Origin: Candidatus Woesebacteria bacterium GW2011_GWF1_31_35
GTDB lineage: Bacteria; Patescibacteriota; Microgenomatia; UBA8517
DNA: 64,000 nt
Reading direction: 5' to 3'
Assembly: GCA_001029755.1 (NCBI GenBank)
Contig: CP011214.1
Coordinates: 273,564-337,563 of the forward strand
The notes under the pieces are model-generated. The model saw only the letters and a program-made list of their open reading frames with translations. It ran no database searches and had not been told where the DNA came from. This document shows positions 1 through 9,370 of this stretch, one piece after another (the first letter of the stretch is position 1; each line of letters opens with the position of its first letter). A program made the translations under genes and the position numbers.

Positions 1-43
1 TTTTTACATTTGGGTTTAAACCACCAGCTAGATAATTTTGCAT
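1..43 (-). CDS. Partial CDS (5' end only), probably a further member of the pilin array
   Basis: ATG at 43, directly after the stop of 45..413; reads MQNYLAGGLNPNVK, with the same short 'M..LA' start as its neighbours. Confidence 0.55.
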   Translation of the reverse strand, partial: MQNYLAGGLNPNVK

Positions 44-44
44 A

Positions 45-413
45 TTAGTTAATTAATAATGAATTAAACATAGTTGTAAAATCCAAGATATCCGTAATAC
101 CTAGTAAAACACCAATTAATTTAATAATAAAGATTGCAAGTATTGTCACAGCAATTCCAATTACTCCAGAAGAAATCTTTTTCTTTGCAGATTCTAAAGA
201 ATTTTTATCTCCACCTGAGGATATAATTCCAACAGCACCTATTAAAAAGATAAAGATAAACCAAATAATTGCAATAATAGTAATAAGACCAATTGCTGAA
301 GAAAGAAAATTAACAAAAACAGAAACTCCATCCTGTCCACCTTCTAACCCAAGAGGGCCAAACCCTTTAAAACCTCCATCAGGTGATAATTTAATTTCTG
401 CTAGTTTATTCAT
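45..413 (-). CDS. VirB2/TrbC-like pilin (CPR type)
   Basis: Two hydrophobic helices flanking SGGDKNSLESAKKKISSGVIG; ATGA overlap with neighbour. Confidence 0.7.
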   Translation of the reverse strand: MNKLAEIKLSPDGGFKGFGPLGLEGGQDGVSVFVNFLSSAIGLITIIAIIWFIFIFLIGAVGIISSGGDKNSLESAKKKISSGVIGIAVTILAIFIIKLIGVLLGITDILDFTTMFNSLLIN

Positions 414-760
414 GGTTCTGGTATTACTGGTTGTAATAAAAACATAGGATCTCCAAATATTAACTGTCCAAAAATAGCTGCTAATACAAAAGATCCAGCC
501 GCAACAGCTAGACCTATTATTGTTTGAGTTATTTTAGCCCAAGCGCCTGCAACTTTTTTACTATCATCTCCTGCACTCATAAAAGCATATCCTGCTAAAA
601 CTAAATTAAATAATGCGTATATTCCTGCAACAACAATTAATGCACGAAGCGAAAATTGAATAAGCTTTCCTATTGCAATACCTGGGTTTGATCCAAATTT
701 ATCAAGCCCTTTTGGTAATTTTACTGTTCCAAATGGATTTTCTTGTGCTAATAAGTTCAT
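410..760 (-). CDS. VirB2/TrbC-like pilin (CPR type)
   Basis: GYAFMSAGDDSKKVAGAWAKITQTIIG between two TM helices. Confidence 0.7.
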   Translation of the reverse strand: MNLLAQENPFGTVKLPKGLDKFGSNPGIAIGKLIQFSLRALIVVAGIYALFNLVLAGYAFMSAGDDSKKVAGAWAKITQTIIGLAVAAGSFVLAAIFGQLIFGDPMFLLQPVIPEP

Positions 761-1083
761 TTTTTTGAAATTCCTAACAAATTAAGTCCAGTTATACTTT
801 CAATTAATTTTACTATCCAATAGGACATAAACACAACTATAAAGCCAATTAATGCAGAAGTTACAGCTTTTTTACCCTTCTCTATCTTTTCAGGACTGTC
901 GCTTCCTGCTCCTGCAATCATTCCAATCCCACCCATGATAAGTAAAAACAAAAGTATTACTCCAGCAATTGAAATTGCTCCAGTTATTATCGCTGAAATA
1001 TAATTTCCAATATTTGTAGGATCTGTCAATTTACTGCCAGTTCCTAAAAAAGTCGTACCAATATCTATTGCTAATTTATTCAT
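757..1083 (-). CDS. VirB2/TrbC-like pilin (CPR type)
   Basis: GGIGMIAGAGSDSPEKIEKGKKAVTSALIG between two TM helices. Confidence 0.7.
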   Translation of the reverse strand: MNKLAIDIGTTFLGTGSKLTDPTNIGNYISAIITGAISIAGVILLFLLIMGGIGMIAGAGSDSPEKIEKGKKAVTSALIGFIVVFMSYWIVKLIESITGLNLLGISKK

Positions 1084-1439
1084 ATTACGGGTGGAAGTAA
1101 ATCAACACCATTTTGTGTTCCAAACATTTGATTAAATATATCAATACCGAAAAATGTTCCAATAATTCTAATTATCCAAAAAGATACAAATAAAATTAAT
1201 ATTCCTATTATGGAACTTGTAATTTTTGATTGGGCTGCTTGCATTACCTTAGGTTCTCCAGCAGATGTCATCATTTGATATCCTGAAACAATAATATTTA
1301 AAAGTAAAATTATACCTGCAATTCCATAAACATAAGGAAGAATTTCAATAATTATGTCTGCTGGTTTATTAAAAACTGAACTTACAGATATTCCAGCTTT
1401 ATCCTCAATGTCATCTAGTCCTGGTGATAATGAAAGCAT
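1080..1439 (-). CDS. VirB2/TrbC-like pilin (CPR type)
   Basis: GYQMMTSAGEPKVMQAAQSKITSSIIG between two TM helices. Confidence 0.7.
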   Translation of the reverse strand: MLSLSPGLDDIEDKAGISVSSVFNKPADIIIEILPYVYGIAGIILLLNIIVSGYQMMTSAGEPKVMQAAQSKITSSIIGILILFVSFWIIRIIGTFFGIDIFNQMFGTQNGVDLLPPVI

Positions 1440-1448
1440 GTTTATTTT

Positions 1449-2102
1449 TTATTGTCCAAATCCAAATTTGTCTAATTTAAGTATATCAATTCCTATAAAT
1501 CTTAATATAAAAACTGAAAAAATCAACATAATTAAACCTGAAATAGCTGAGGTTAACAATTCTTGTCCAGCCTTTAATCTTTCAGGGTTTCCTTGTGATG
1601 TCATAACCATAAAAGAAGCATAAATAATTAATAAAAATGCAATTCCTCCACCTACACCAATTGCCCAACCCAATATCCAACCCATAAATTCATTAGTGTT
1701 TTCCACTGGTATACAACCAATCGCTGTATTTATACCTGTTTTGCCAGATTTGGCGATACATTCTGGATTTTTACTAGCTCCACTTCCATAACAGTCTTTG
1801 CTACATTCTCCAAGATTAGGGTAACTTCCGTTTGGATCTGCAATACATTGACCACTTACACAATTAAATTTAACTACAGGTGCTTGATATATACAACAAG
1901 TTCGAGGGATTTCCGTGTGATTACTGGCTTGCGGGGTACAATCCATTGTTCCTAAATCGGTGCTATTTGCATTACAAAATGTTAAACATTGTCCTTCAGC
2001 TGCATCACATAAAGGCCCCGCATAAATAGAATTAGGTTTTATTGAAAAATTAATTACTGTTAAGGTCAAAAATAAAAAAAAGATAATAATATTTTTTTTC
2101 AT
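1449..2102 (-). CDS. Pilin-like protein with signal peptide and Cys-rich N-terminal domain
   Basis: Signal peptide ending IYA; many Cys; C-terminal MTSQGNPERLKAGQELLTSAISG pilin motif. Confidence 0.7.
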   Translation of the reverse strand: MKKNIIIFFLFLTLTVINFSIKPNSIYAGPLCDAAEGQCLTFCNANSTDLGTMDCTPQASNHTEIPRTCCIYQAPVVKFNCVSGQCIADPNGSYPNLGECSKDCYGSGASKNPECIAKSGKTGINTAIGCIPVENTNEFMGWILGWAIGVGGGIAFLLIIYASFMVMTSQGNPERLKAGQELLTSAISGLIMLIFSVFILRFIGIDILKLDKFGFGQ

Positions 2103-2194
2103 ATGTCAATTGTAGTTTAACACAAGCAAAGTATGTGGCAAATAGGTTTTTAAGAAAAGTTTGGATTGGTTATTAAGCTGTTATAATTAAATCT

Positions 2195-3961
2195 ATGTCC
2201 AAATTTAAAATACTAATGATTTTTGTTTTTATTCTAATTTTCTTATTAAGTATCTGGCATCTAACATCTGGCATTAATGTCTTAGCTGTGGATTGTTTAA
2301 ATATTAATCCAAATACAGTTTCTGCTGGTGATGCTGACTTTTGCATGACAGAATTGGAAAATATTAAAAAACAATATGCACCAGCTCAAGAAAAAAACAA
2401 ACAAGATTTAGCAAAATTACAATCAAAATTAAATGATTTAAATAAAAGAATTACAGTAATGACAACACTACTTAAAAATCTAGAATCAAATATTTCTAAA
2501 AGAGAAAAAGAATCTTCCTATGCACAGAAAATATTGGGGGAAAAAGCAGTAGGGCAATATATAGATATAAGACTATATGATCCTGTTATGTCTATAATAT
2601 CTGCGTCAGACGCCTTAGAAGTATTTAGAATAATTAAAATAAGAGAAAAAGTTGCCGATGCAGATAGAAAAACAATAGAAAAATATTCGGAGGAGATTAT
2701 TAATCTTAAAAATGACAAGTTAAGTCTTGAGAAAAACAAATTACTGTTAGCATCTTTGCAAAAACAAGTTAGTGAAGATACTAAATTTTTAGCAGGAGAA
2801 GTTGCTAAGGTGGACACTTATTTAGCAACTCTTTCAGCAAAACAACAATCATTTTTGGCACAAAAACTTGAATCATTAGGACTTTCTAGGTCTGCATATA
2901 ATATGAAGGGAGGATGCTCCAGTGATATAAATCCTTTTAAAAGTCCTGGATTTAGTCCTGCATTTGCATTCTTTAGTTTTGGTGTTCCAAATAGAGTTGG
3001 AATGAATCAGTTTGGAGCAAAAGGAAGAGCTGAAGCAAATCAGGATTACGAAGAAATACTTAGGGCTTACTATAATGCTGATATAACAAGAGGTTATAGT
3101 ACTGGAATAACTATCAATGTAGTTGGAACAAATGAATTTGGACAGTCATTTAATGAAAATTGGAACATAGAAGATTACGTAAAGCATGTCTACGAAATGC
3201 CTACAAGTTGGACAGCTAAAGATTCGGCTGCTCTTAAAGCTCAGGCTATTGCAGCCAGGTCATATGCTCTTTCATATACGAATAACGGTACTAAATCTAT
3301 TTGTCCTAGTCAAAAATGTCAAGTTGTGAAGAAGGAGATAAATGATGGTAACTGGCAAACTGCAGTAACTGCTACTAGTGGAGTTGTTCTCACAAATGGA
3401 GGAAAACCAGTAACTGCGTGGTTTTCATCGACACATGGAGGTTATGCTTATACATCAGGAGATATCGGTTGGTCAAATACTGCGTGGACAAAAAGGTTGA
3501 CTGACGCAATAGGAGGTATTAATGGTTTTTCAGATTTATTTAATAATGCTTACGACAAATCTTCGCCAACTTTTTATTGTGATTGGGGAAGCAGATCTCA
3601 ATACAACAAAACAGCATGGTTAAAACCTGATGAGATTGCAGATATTGCAAATGTTATTCTTCTTGCAAAAGCTGATGGTTCTACTCAAAGACATCTTGCC
3701 CAGCCAGATAAACCAAATCCTGATGGAGTCGATACTTGGGATGCCTCAAAAGTTAAAAATGAACTTACAAGTCGTGGAATAACACCATTTGATTCGGTTT
3801 CAAATATATCTATTGGTGTAGATTTTGGAAGTGGAAAAACAACTTCAGTTTCTATAGATGGAAGATCTTTTGACGGTCAAGATTTCAAAAGTTATTTTAA
3901 TCTTCGTGCGCCTTCTAATATTCAAATAGTTGGACCACTCTTTAATATAGAGAAAAGATAA
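2195..3961 (+). CDS. Coiled-coil plus SpoIID/LytB domain lytic transglycosylase-like protein
   Basis: EMP...ALKAQAIAARSYA and GMNQFGAKG...YEEILRAYY SpoIID motifs; signal peptide; coiled coil. Confidence 0.8.
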   Translation: MSKFKILMIFVFILIFLLSIWHLTSGINVLAVDCLNINPNTVSAGDADFCMTELENIKKQYAPAQEKNKQDLAKLQSKLNDLNKRITVMTTLLKNLESNISKREKESSYAQKILGEKAVGQYIDIRLYDPVMSIISASDALEVFRIIKIREKVADADRKTIEKYSEEIINLKNDKLSLEKNKLLLASLQKQVSEDTKFLAGEVAKVDTYLATLSAKQQSFLAQKLESLGLSRSAYNMKGGCSSDINPFKSPGFSPAFAFFSFGVPNRVGMNQFGAKGRAEANQDYEEILRAYYNADITRGYSTGITINVVGTNEFGQSFNENWNIEDYVKHVYEMPTSWTAKDSAALKAQAIAARSYALSYTNNGTKSICPSQKCQVVKKEINDGNWQTAVTATSGVVLTNGGKPVTAWFSSTHGGYAYTSGDIGWSNTAWTKRLTDAIGGINGFSDLFNNAYDKSSPTFYCDWGSRSQYNKTAWLKPDEIADIANVILLAKADGSTQRHLAQPDKPNPDGVDTWDASKVKNELTSRGITPFDSVSNISIGVDFGSGKTTSVSIDGRSFDGQDFKSYFNLRAPSNIQIVGPLFNIEKR

Positions 3962-3997
3962 TTTTTTTTGAGTTAATCTGATATAATTCAAATTAGA

Positions 3998-4732
3998 ATG
4001 CCAGACATTTTTATTTCAAGTAAGAATAACAAAAAAGAAGATATTAAAGATAATAAAGAATCCGGTTCTTTCGTTGAAGAAAAAAAAATAAAAACTGATA
4101 GAGGTTTTAACAAACCTCCTGTTGAGGAAATTCTCAAAAGAGAAGCTTATAGAGGACTTCATCCTATGCAGGGAAAAAAACCTCTTTCATCATTCCTTTT
4201 TAGTCCTGATGGAATTAATTTTGAGACCATGGAAGCGGAAGAAAAAGTAGTTCTCTTTTTAAGAAAACATTTAATTACAAATATTCCTTGGATTTTTGTG
4301 GGTCTACTTATGATTTTAGTCCCAACAGTAGTTTCAGCTCTTTCTATTTTTGACTCAGTTCCTGCTAATTTTAAATTTATCTTTGTTCTTATTTGGTATT
4401 TAATTACAATGGCCTACATTTTAGAAAGTTTTTTGACTTGGTTTTTCAATGTTTACATAGTAACCGATGAAAGAATAATTGATATTGATTTTTATAATTT
4501 AATTTATAAAGAAGTAAGTGACGCCAACATTGATAAAATTCAAGATGTCACTTATAAAATGGGAGGAGTTATTAGAACTCTATTTAATTATGGGGATGTA
4601 TTAATCCAAACTGCTTCAGAAGTTCCCAATTTTGATTTTTTAGCAGTTCCAAAGCCTGATATGATAGCCAGGGTTTTGCAAGACTTACGCATGGAAGAAC
4701 AACAAGAATTAGTAGAAGGGAGAATAAGATGA
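3998..4732 (+). CDS. Membrane protein with bacterial PH domain
   Basis: Two TMs, then YIVTDERII...IDKIQDV...FNYGDVLIQTA. Confidence 0.75.
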   Translation: MPDIFISSKNNKKEDIKDNKESGSFVEEKKIKTDRGFNKPPVEEILKREAYRGLHPMQGKKPLSSFLFSPDGINFETMEAEEKVVLFLRKHLITNIPWIFVGLLMILVPTVVSALSIFDSVPANFKFIFVLIWYLITMAYILESFLTWFFNVYIVTDERIIDIDFYNLIYKEVSDANIDKIQDVTYKMGGVIRTLFNYGDVLIQTASEVPNFDFLAVPKPDMIARVLQDLRMEEQQELVEGRIR

Positions 4733-4947
4733 TACCAATAATTGGAATATCTGTTTGGGGAATATTAAAAATTGGTATTTTAATTTTACTAGCTCTTTAT
4801 ATAGTTTTTGCTTTTGTTATAGTCAGGCAAGTTCAATTGATGACAGCAACATTAGAAGTAGGTTTCGAATCTCAACTTAAATTTTTATCTTTCATGCACT
4901 TTCTTTTTGCTATAGCAGTTTTAATATTTTCATTTTTAATTTTGTGA
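4729..4947 (+). CDS. Small two-TM membrane protein
   Basis: 72-aa hydrophobic ORF, coupled by ATGA overlap. Confidence 0.65.
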   Translation: MIPIIGISVWGILKIGILILLALYIVFAFVIVRQVQLMTATLEVGFESQLKFLSFMHFLFAIAVLIFSFLIL

Positions 4948-4950
4948 GAA

Positions 4951-6384
4951 ATGCCCTTAAAACTAATATCAAACAAAGGTAAACTTTCTTCCCTTGGTGT
5001 TGGATCAATCTCCTACCATTTGGGAAAAATTCATATAAATTTAGAAAACTATTGTCAAGCCATTCTATTAAGAGATGGAAACAATATTAAACTTTTAGAA
5101 ACTAATTCTATAGGTTCTTCAATTACTGGAATACCTAAAGAAGGCGACGTTTATACATTGGGATCAATTGAAAATTTTAAGAATAATGAAAGTCTTGAAA
5201 TTTTAACTGTAAAAGTTGAAAAACAAAATTTCTCAATTCCTCTTCCTAAATTTCCTAGACAAAACTTCTTTGTTAATAATAATAACTCAAACAATGAAGC
5301 AACCCCACAAGCGAGAAAAACAACATTAACAGTTGGAGTGGTTTTATTGATTTTACTTTTAGTAAGTGTATTTTTTGGAGTAAGACAAAAAAGATTAAAT
5401 GAATTCCAAGAAAAATCCAAAGTTTTACTTACACAGGCATTATCAGATTATGAAAATTCAATTAATTCAATTTCAATTGATAAAGACAAATCTAGGGAAC
5501 TTTTTATTTCTTCAAAAGAAATTGCATTTAAATTAGAAAAAGATGGATTTAAAAGTGATGATCTAAAAAAATTAATAGAAAAAATAACTTCTCAAGAAGG
5601 AGAGATCTTGGGGGAAATAAAAGCAACAGTAAATGAATTTTTAGATTTAACTCTTCAGACGAGTGGTTTTAATGGCGATGAAATTGCATCCTCTGGTGAA
5701 GAAGTTTTTGTAATTGATAAGAAGAACAAAAATATAATTCAGATTGGAATTAAGACTAAAAATGCAACGATTGTAGCAGGATCAGGAGAAGTTGGAGAAA
5801 CAACCCAAATTGGAGCATATGAAGAAAGACTTTTCCTTCTTAAAAATGACGGAATTTATGAAGTTAATAATACAAGTAAAAAAGTATTAGAAAAAGACTG
5901 GAGTGATGTGTTGTTTTATTTATACGCTGGAAATATTTATTTAATTGATAAAACAAATAATACAATTTTAAGATATGCAGGAAGCTTAAATAGTTTTTCA
6001 GCAAAATCAGACTGGCTAGCTCCAGGAATTGAAGCTGATTTTTCAAAAGTTAAAGATATATCAATTGACGGAGCAATCTGGCTTCTTTCAAGTTCTGGAA
6101 AAGTAGCCAAATTTATACTAGGAAGTCCACAAGCTATATCCTTAAAAGGACTAATAGGTCAACTTGATAATCCAACTGCAATTTATACAAATGAAAATTT
6201 AAAAATGGTCTATATTTTAGAAAAGGACAAAGGAAGAATTGTTGTTATTGAAAAAAAAGGAGACTTTAAAATCCAATACACATCGGATGATATTAAAAAT
6301 GCAAAGGATTTAGTTGTTTCTGAAACTGAAGGCAAAATAATTCTTCTAACAGGACCAAAACTTATGTTTATAGAACTAAAATAA
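4951..6384 (+). CDS. Membrane-anchored protein with C-terminal beta-propeller-like domain
   Basis: Central TM; repeated IY(L/V)(I/L)D/E strands resembling NHL blades. Confidence 0.6.
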   Translation: MPLKLISNKGKLSSLGVGSISYHLGKIHINLENYCQAILLRDGNNIKLLETNSIGSSITGIPKEGDVYTLGSIENFKNNESLEILTVKVEKQNFSIPLPKFPRQNFFVNNNNSNNEATPQARKTTLTVGVVLLILLLVSVFFGVRQKRLNEFQEKSKVLLTQALSDYENSINSISIDKDKSRELFISSKEIAFKLEKDGFKSDDLKKLIEKITSQEGEILGEIKATVNEFLDLTLQTSGFNGDEIASSGEEVFVIDKKNKNIIQIGIKTKNATIVAGSGEVGETTQIGAYEERLFLLKNDGIYEVNNTSKKVLEKDWSDVLFYLYAGNIYLIDKTNNTILRYAGSLNSFSAKSDWLAPGIEADFSKVKDISIDGAIWLLSSSGKVAKFILGSPQAISLKGLIGQLDNPTAIYTNENLKMVYILEKDKGRIVVIEKKGDFKIQYTSDDIKNAKDLVVSETEGKIILLTGPKLMFIELK

Positions 6385-6390
6385 TTAATT

Positions 6391-6760
6391 TGGTGGAGAT
6401 GGAGGGAATCGAACCCTCATCCGAAAAACTTAAAAACAAAACTTCTACAAGCTTATTTAGTTAATAATTTTTCCTTTAAATTTATCCAACTAACAGGAAT
6501 CTAAAGTAAGATTTAATTATCTTTTAAAAAATTTCTCTAAATCAAAAGAAATTAGTTAGCATCTCGAATTGGTTTACACCCAGTCAGTTCAGTCGAGAAC
6601 CAAACGTCAGGACGCTAATTAAGAATATGCCAAAGCATATTGGAAATTAGAAGCATAACTGTTAGGTTTTGCTTTTATTTTTTGATATCTTTTTACAAGT
6701 GTTTATCAAACTTGGCTTGCTGTTTTGTTAAAGAGCTTCCCGTCGAAACCGGTCATCCCC
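6391..6760 (-). ncRNA. ssrA: tmRNA
   Basis: 5' GGGGATGACCGGTTTCGAC and 3' GGTTCGATTCCCTCCATCTCCACCA tRNA-like ends; tag frame 6672..6619 (AKPNSYASNFQYALAYS*); adjacent to smpB. Confidence 0.93.
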
Positions 6761-7184
6761 ATTTTTTCTCTCGTTCTATATCTCTTTCGATGTCTTTTTC
6801 CTTAATACTTTCTTTCTTCTCGAATCTTCTTTTAGGTTTTCCTAAAGTTAATTCAAGTTTAATAAGACGGCCTTTATTATACATCGCAGTAGGCACAATT
6901 TGCAACTTTTTCTGCTTTGTTTTTGTTTCTAATGATAAAATTTCATTTTTATGTAAAAGTAGTTTTCTCATCCTGGTAGGCTCATATTTTTCTATTCCAG
7001 TAGCTGGTATATTTGCATTAATTAAATAAACTTCTCCGTTTAGAATCCTTACATGTGATTGAGATAGATCTACTCTTTTATCTCTAAATGATTTGGCTTC
7101 AATTCCATGCAAAGATAAGCCAGCCTCAATTCTTTCAGGGGTTAATTCATATTCAAACCTAGCCTTTTTATTAATAATTCTCAT
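6753..7184 (-). CDS. smpB: SsrA-binding protein
   Basis: NKKARFEY, EAGLSLHGIEAKS, RKLLLHKNEI motifs. Confidence 0.95.
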   Translation of the reverse strand: MRIINKKARFEYELTPERIEAGLSLHGIEAKSFRDKRVDLSQSHVRILNGEVYLINANIPATGIEKYEPTRMRKLLLHKNEILSLETKTKQKKLQIVPTAMYNKGRLIKLELTLGKPKRRFEKKESIKEKDIERDIEREKKWG

Positions 7185-7201
7185 ATAATGACAATTATAG
7201 T

Positions 7202-7807
7202 ATGGATTTAATAAATTTTCTTTTTCCCAAAGAATGTTTGGAATGTAAAGATACCGGAAGGTATATATGTAGTAATTGTGTCCAAAAAGTTAGAGTAGGT
7301 GGGTTAGTAGAAATTGGTAATTTAAAAGTTTATTCAGTTTGGAAATATGAAGGAGTAATTAGAAAAGCAATAATTTCCTTAAAATATAAATTTGCAACAG
7401 AGATTGCAGAAGAGTTGACTGTTAATATTTCTAATTATTTACCTTTAAAATCCAAGTCTTACATACTTGCTCCAATTCCTATGCATTGGCACAAGAAAAA
7501 TATTCGTGGATTTAATCAAACAGAAATAATTGGAGAGAAATTAGCAAAAATAATGGATTGGAAATATATTCCAAATTTATTACTTAAAAAATCAAAATCT
7601 CTGCCTCAAGTAGGTTTAAAGAGTGAGGTTCGTAGAGAGAACTTATCAGGTGTGTTTGAAATTAACTCAGAAATTAAAATATCTAAAACTTCTAAAATTT
7701 TACTTTTTGATGATGTTTTAACAACAGGTTCCACAATTGTTGAAGCTACAAAAGTTTTAAAGTCTTCTGGATTTAATAATATAATCGGATTAACTATCGC
7801 AAGATAA
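7202..7807 (+). CDS. comF: ComF family phosphoribosyltransferase-like competence protein
   Basis: N-terminal CxxC..CxxC, RGFNQ, LLFDDVLTTGST. Confidence 0.88.
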   Translation: MDLINFLFPKECLECKDTGRYICSNCVQKVRVGGLVEIGNLKVYSVWKYEGVIRKAIISLKYKFATEIAEELTVNISNYLPLKSKSYILAPIPMHWHKKNIRGFNQTEIIGEKLAKIMDWKYIPNLLLKKSKSLPQVGLKSEVRRENLSGVFEINSEIKISKTSKILLFDDVLTTGSTIVEATKVLKSSGFNNIIGLTIAR

Positions 7808-7822
7808 TTTTATTATATTTTG

Positions 7823-7904
7823 CGGAGGGTACAGGGGTCGAACCTGTTAGAGCTTGCGCTCACGAGTTTTCAAGACTCGCGCGTTGCCGTCCCGCCCACC
7901 CTCC
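7823..7904 (-). tRNA. tRNA-Ser(TGA)
   Basis: GGAGGGT acceptor, CGAGT-CTTGAAA-ACTCG anticodon arm, long variable arm, GGTTCGAC T-loop. Confidence 0.92.
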
Positions 7905-7929
7905 AAATATTTTTTTAGACGTTAATTAG

Positions 7930-8015
7930 CGGAGGATACAGGAGTCGAACCTGTCGGACGCAATTAAGCGTCAAAGTTTAGCAAACTTTTCCCTGAGCCG
8001 TTCGGGATATCCTCC
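7930..8015 (-). tRNA. tRNA-Ser(GCT)
   Basis: AAAGT-TTGCTAA-ACTTT anticodon arm, long variable arm, GGTTCGAC. Confidence 0.92.
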
Positions 8016-8638
8016 AGCAAGGCAAATTTTCTCATAAATTCATTGAAAATACCAATTAATTTAAGCTGAATATTAATGTTGTAGTATTTAATTGTGCATG
8101 TACCAAGATATCCTTTTCTGTGTTTTTTATCAGTGGGTTTTGTGATAGTTGGTTTGTAAAATTTATCTGAAGAAATATTAAGTAGATCACTCCAAAATTT
8201 AACAAGATTATTATAATTTTGATTTGAATGAATTTGTAAATGAATTCTAAATTTAGATTCATCTAATTGAAAACTATCTCTCAATAAATTAATAAAACTT
8301 AATATTAAAAGAGGTTCGCTGTTAGTAAATCCTAAGTGTTTTGTGGCTGGGTATTTAGCCCCTTCACATCCATATATAACTCCACATAGTATTTTTTTAA
8401 AATCAGTATTAATATCTATTTTCTGAAATGATTTCGTTTCAGATTTTTTAACGATTTCTCTTTTTAACTCATTATTTTTTATTAGTTTGGTAAATTTACT
8501 AGAGGCCAATCCTCTACACCATGTTGATATGGTTGAGTTATCTATATTCAATCTTCTTCCTACTTCTCTATATGATAGATTGTCCTCAACAACCATTCTT
8601 CTGGCTTGTGTTATGTTGTGATTTGAGTACCTTTTCAT
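7964..8638 (-). CDS. HTH plus single-motif LAGLIDADG-like protein
   Basis: N-terminal HTH (LSYREVGRRLNIDNSTISTW); IYGCEGAK, FTNSEP, FWS, LGTC motifs shared with 10390..10803 and 57920..58603. Confidence 0.65.
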   Translation of the reverse strand: MKRYSNHNITQARRMVVEDNLSYREVGRRLNIDNSTISTWCRGLASSKFTKLIKNNELKREIVKKSETKSFQKIDINTDFKKILCGVIYGCEGAKYPATKHLGFTNSEPLLILSFINLLRDSFQLDESKFRIHLQIHSNQNYNNLVKFWSDLLNISSDKFYKPTITKPTDKKHRKGYLGTCTIKYYNINIQLKLIGIFNEFMRKFALLEDIPNGSGKSLLNFDA

Positions 8639-8719
8639 TTGGCAGTTATAGTTAATACTAACTAAACCCGAATATTATGTCAATGATTAATGTGTATTTG
8701 TTTGCAATGAGGTATAATT

Positions 8720-9259
8720 ATGTCTATGGAAGCTGCCAATCAAGATAAAGAGGAAGAAAAGGGCACATTTAAAGAAAATAAGCCTGAAGTGGAGAAAGAT
8801 TTAGTTACTTGGACTGCTCCAGGAAGACCCTTCAAAAGAAGAGATAAACAATTTTATTTAACTACAATTTCAATTGTAGGTTTGGTAAGTTTAATTATCT
8901 TTTTAGCAGAAGGAGCAATGCCAGTAATTTTAATCATTTCATTAGTTTTTCTTTATTATGTTATGAGTACTGTTCCTCCTGAGAATATTGAATATAAAAT
9001 TACCAATAAAGGAGTTAAGGTTGCAGGCAAAAGAACAGACTGGGAAAGTTTTGGTAGATTTTGGTTTAGTAAAAGACATGATAGCGAACTTTTAATTTTT
9101 GAAACATTTCAAGTTCCAGGAAGAATGGAACTTGTGATTGATTCTAATTTTAAAGAACAAATTAAAAAAACTCTTTCAGAATACTTAACTGAAGAAGAAA
9201 TTTCTCCATCAACCCTAGATAAAGCAGTTGATTGGTTTTCTAAAAAACTACCCAACTAA
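8720..9259 (+). CDS. Conserved two-TM membrane protein
   Basis: WTAPGRPFKRR, two TMs, PH-like C-terminus. Confidence 0.65.
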   Translation: MSMEAANQDKEEEKGTFKENKPEVEKDLVTWTAPGRPFKRRDKQFYLTTISIVGLVSLIIFLAEGAMPVILIISLVFLYYVMSTVPPENIEYKITNKGVKVAGKRTDWESFGRFWFSKRHDSELLIFETFQVPGRMELVIDSNFKEQIKKTLSEYLTEEEISPSTLDKAVDWFSKKLPN

Positions 9260-9262
9260 ATT

Positions 9263-9334
9263 GTCCCCGTAGTTTAACGGATAAAATATCAGATTGCGGA
9301 TCTGAGGCTAGAGGTTCAATTCCTCTCGGGGACA
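9263..9334 (+). tRNA. tRNA-Arg(GCG)
   Basis: GTCCCCG/CGGGGAC acceptor; TCAGA-TTGCGGA-TCTGA anticodon arm. Confidence 0.9.
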
Positions 9335-9370
9335 CAAGGTATAATTAATTTTTAATTAGAACTTTTTTTT

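Noticed and set aside
6640-7029. 129-aa plus-strand ORF
   Set aside because: Antisense shadow of smpB and tmRNA.
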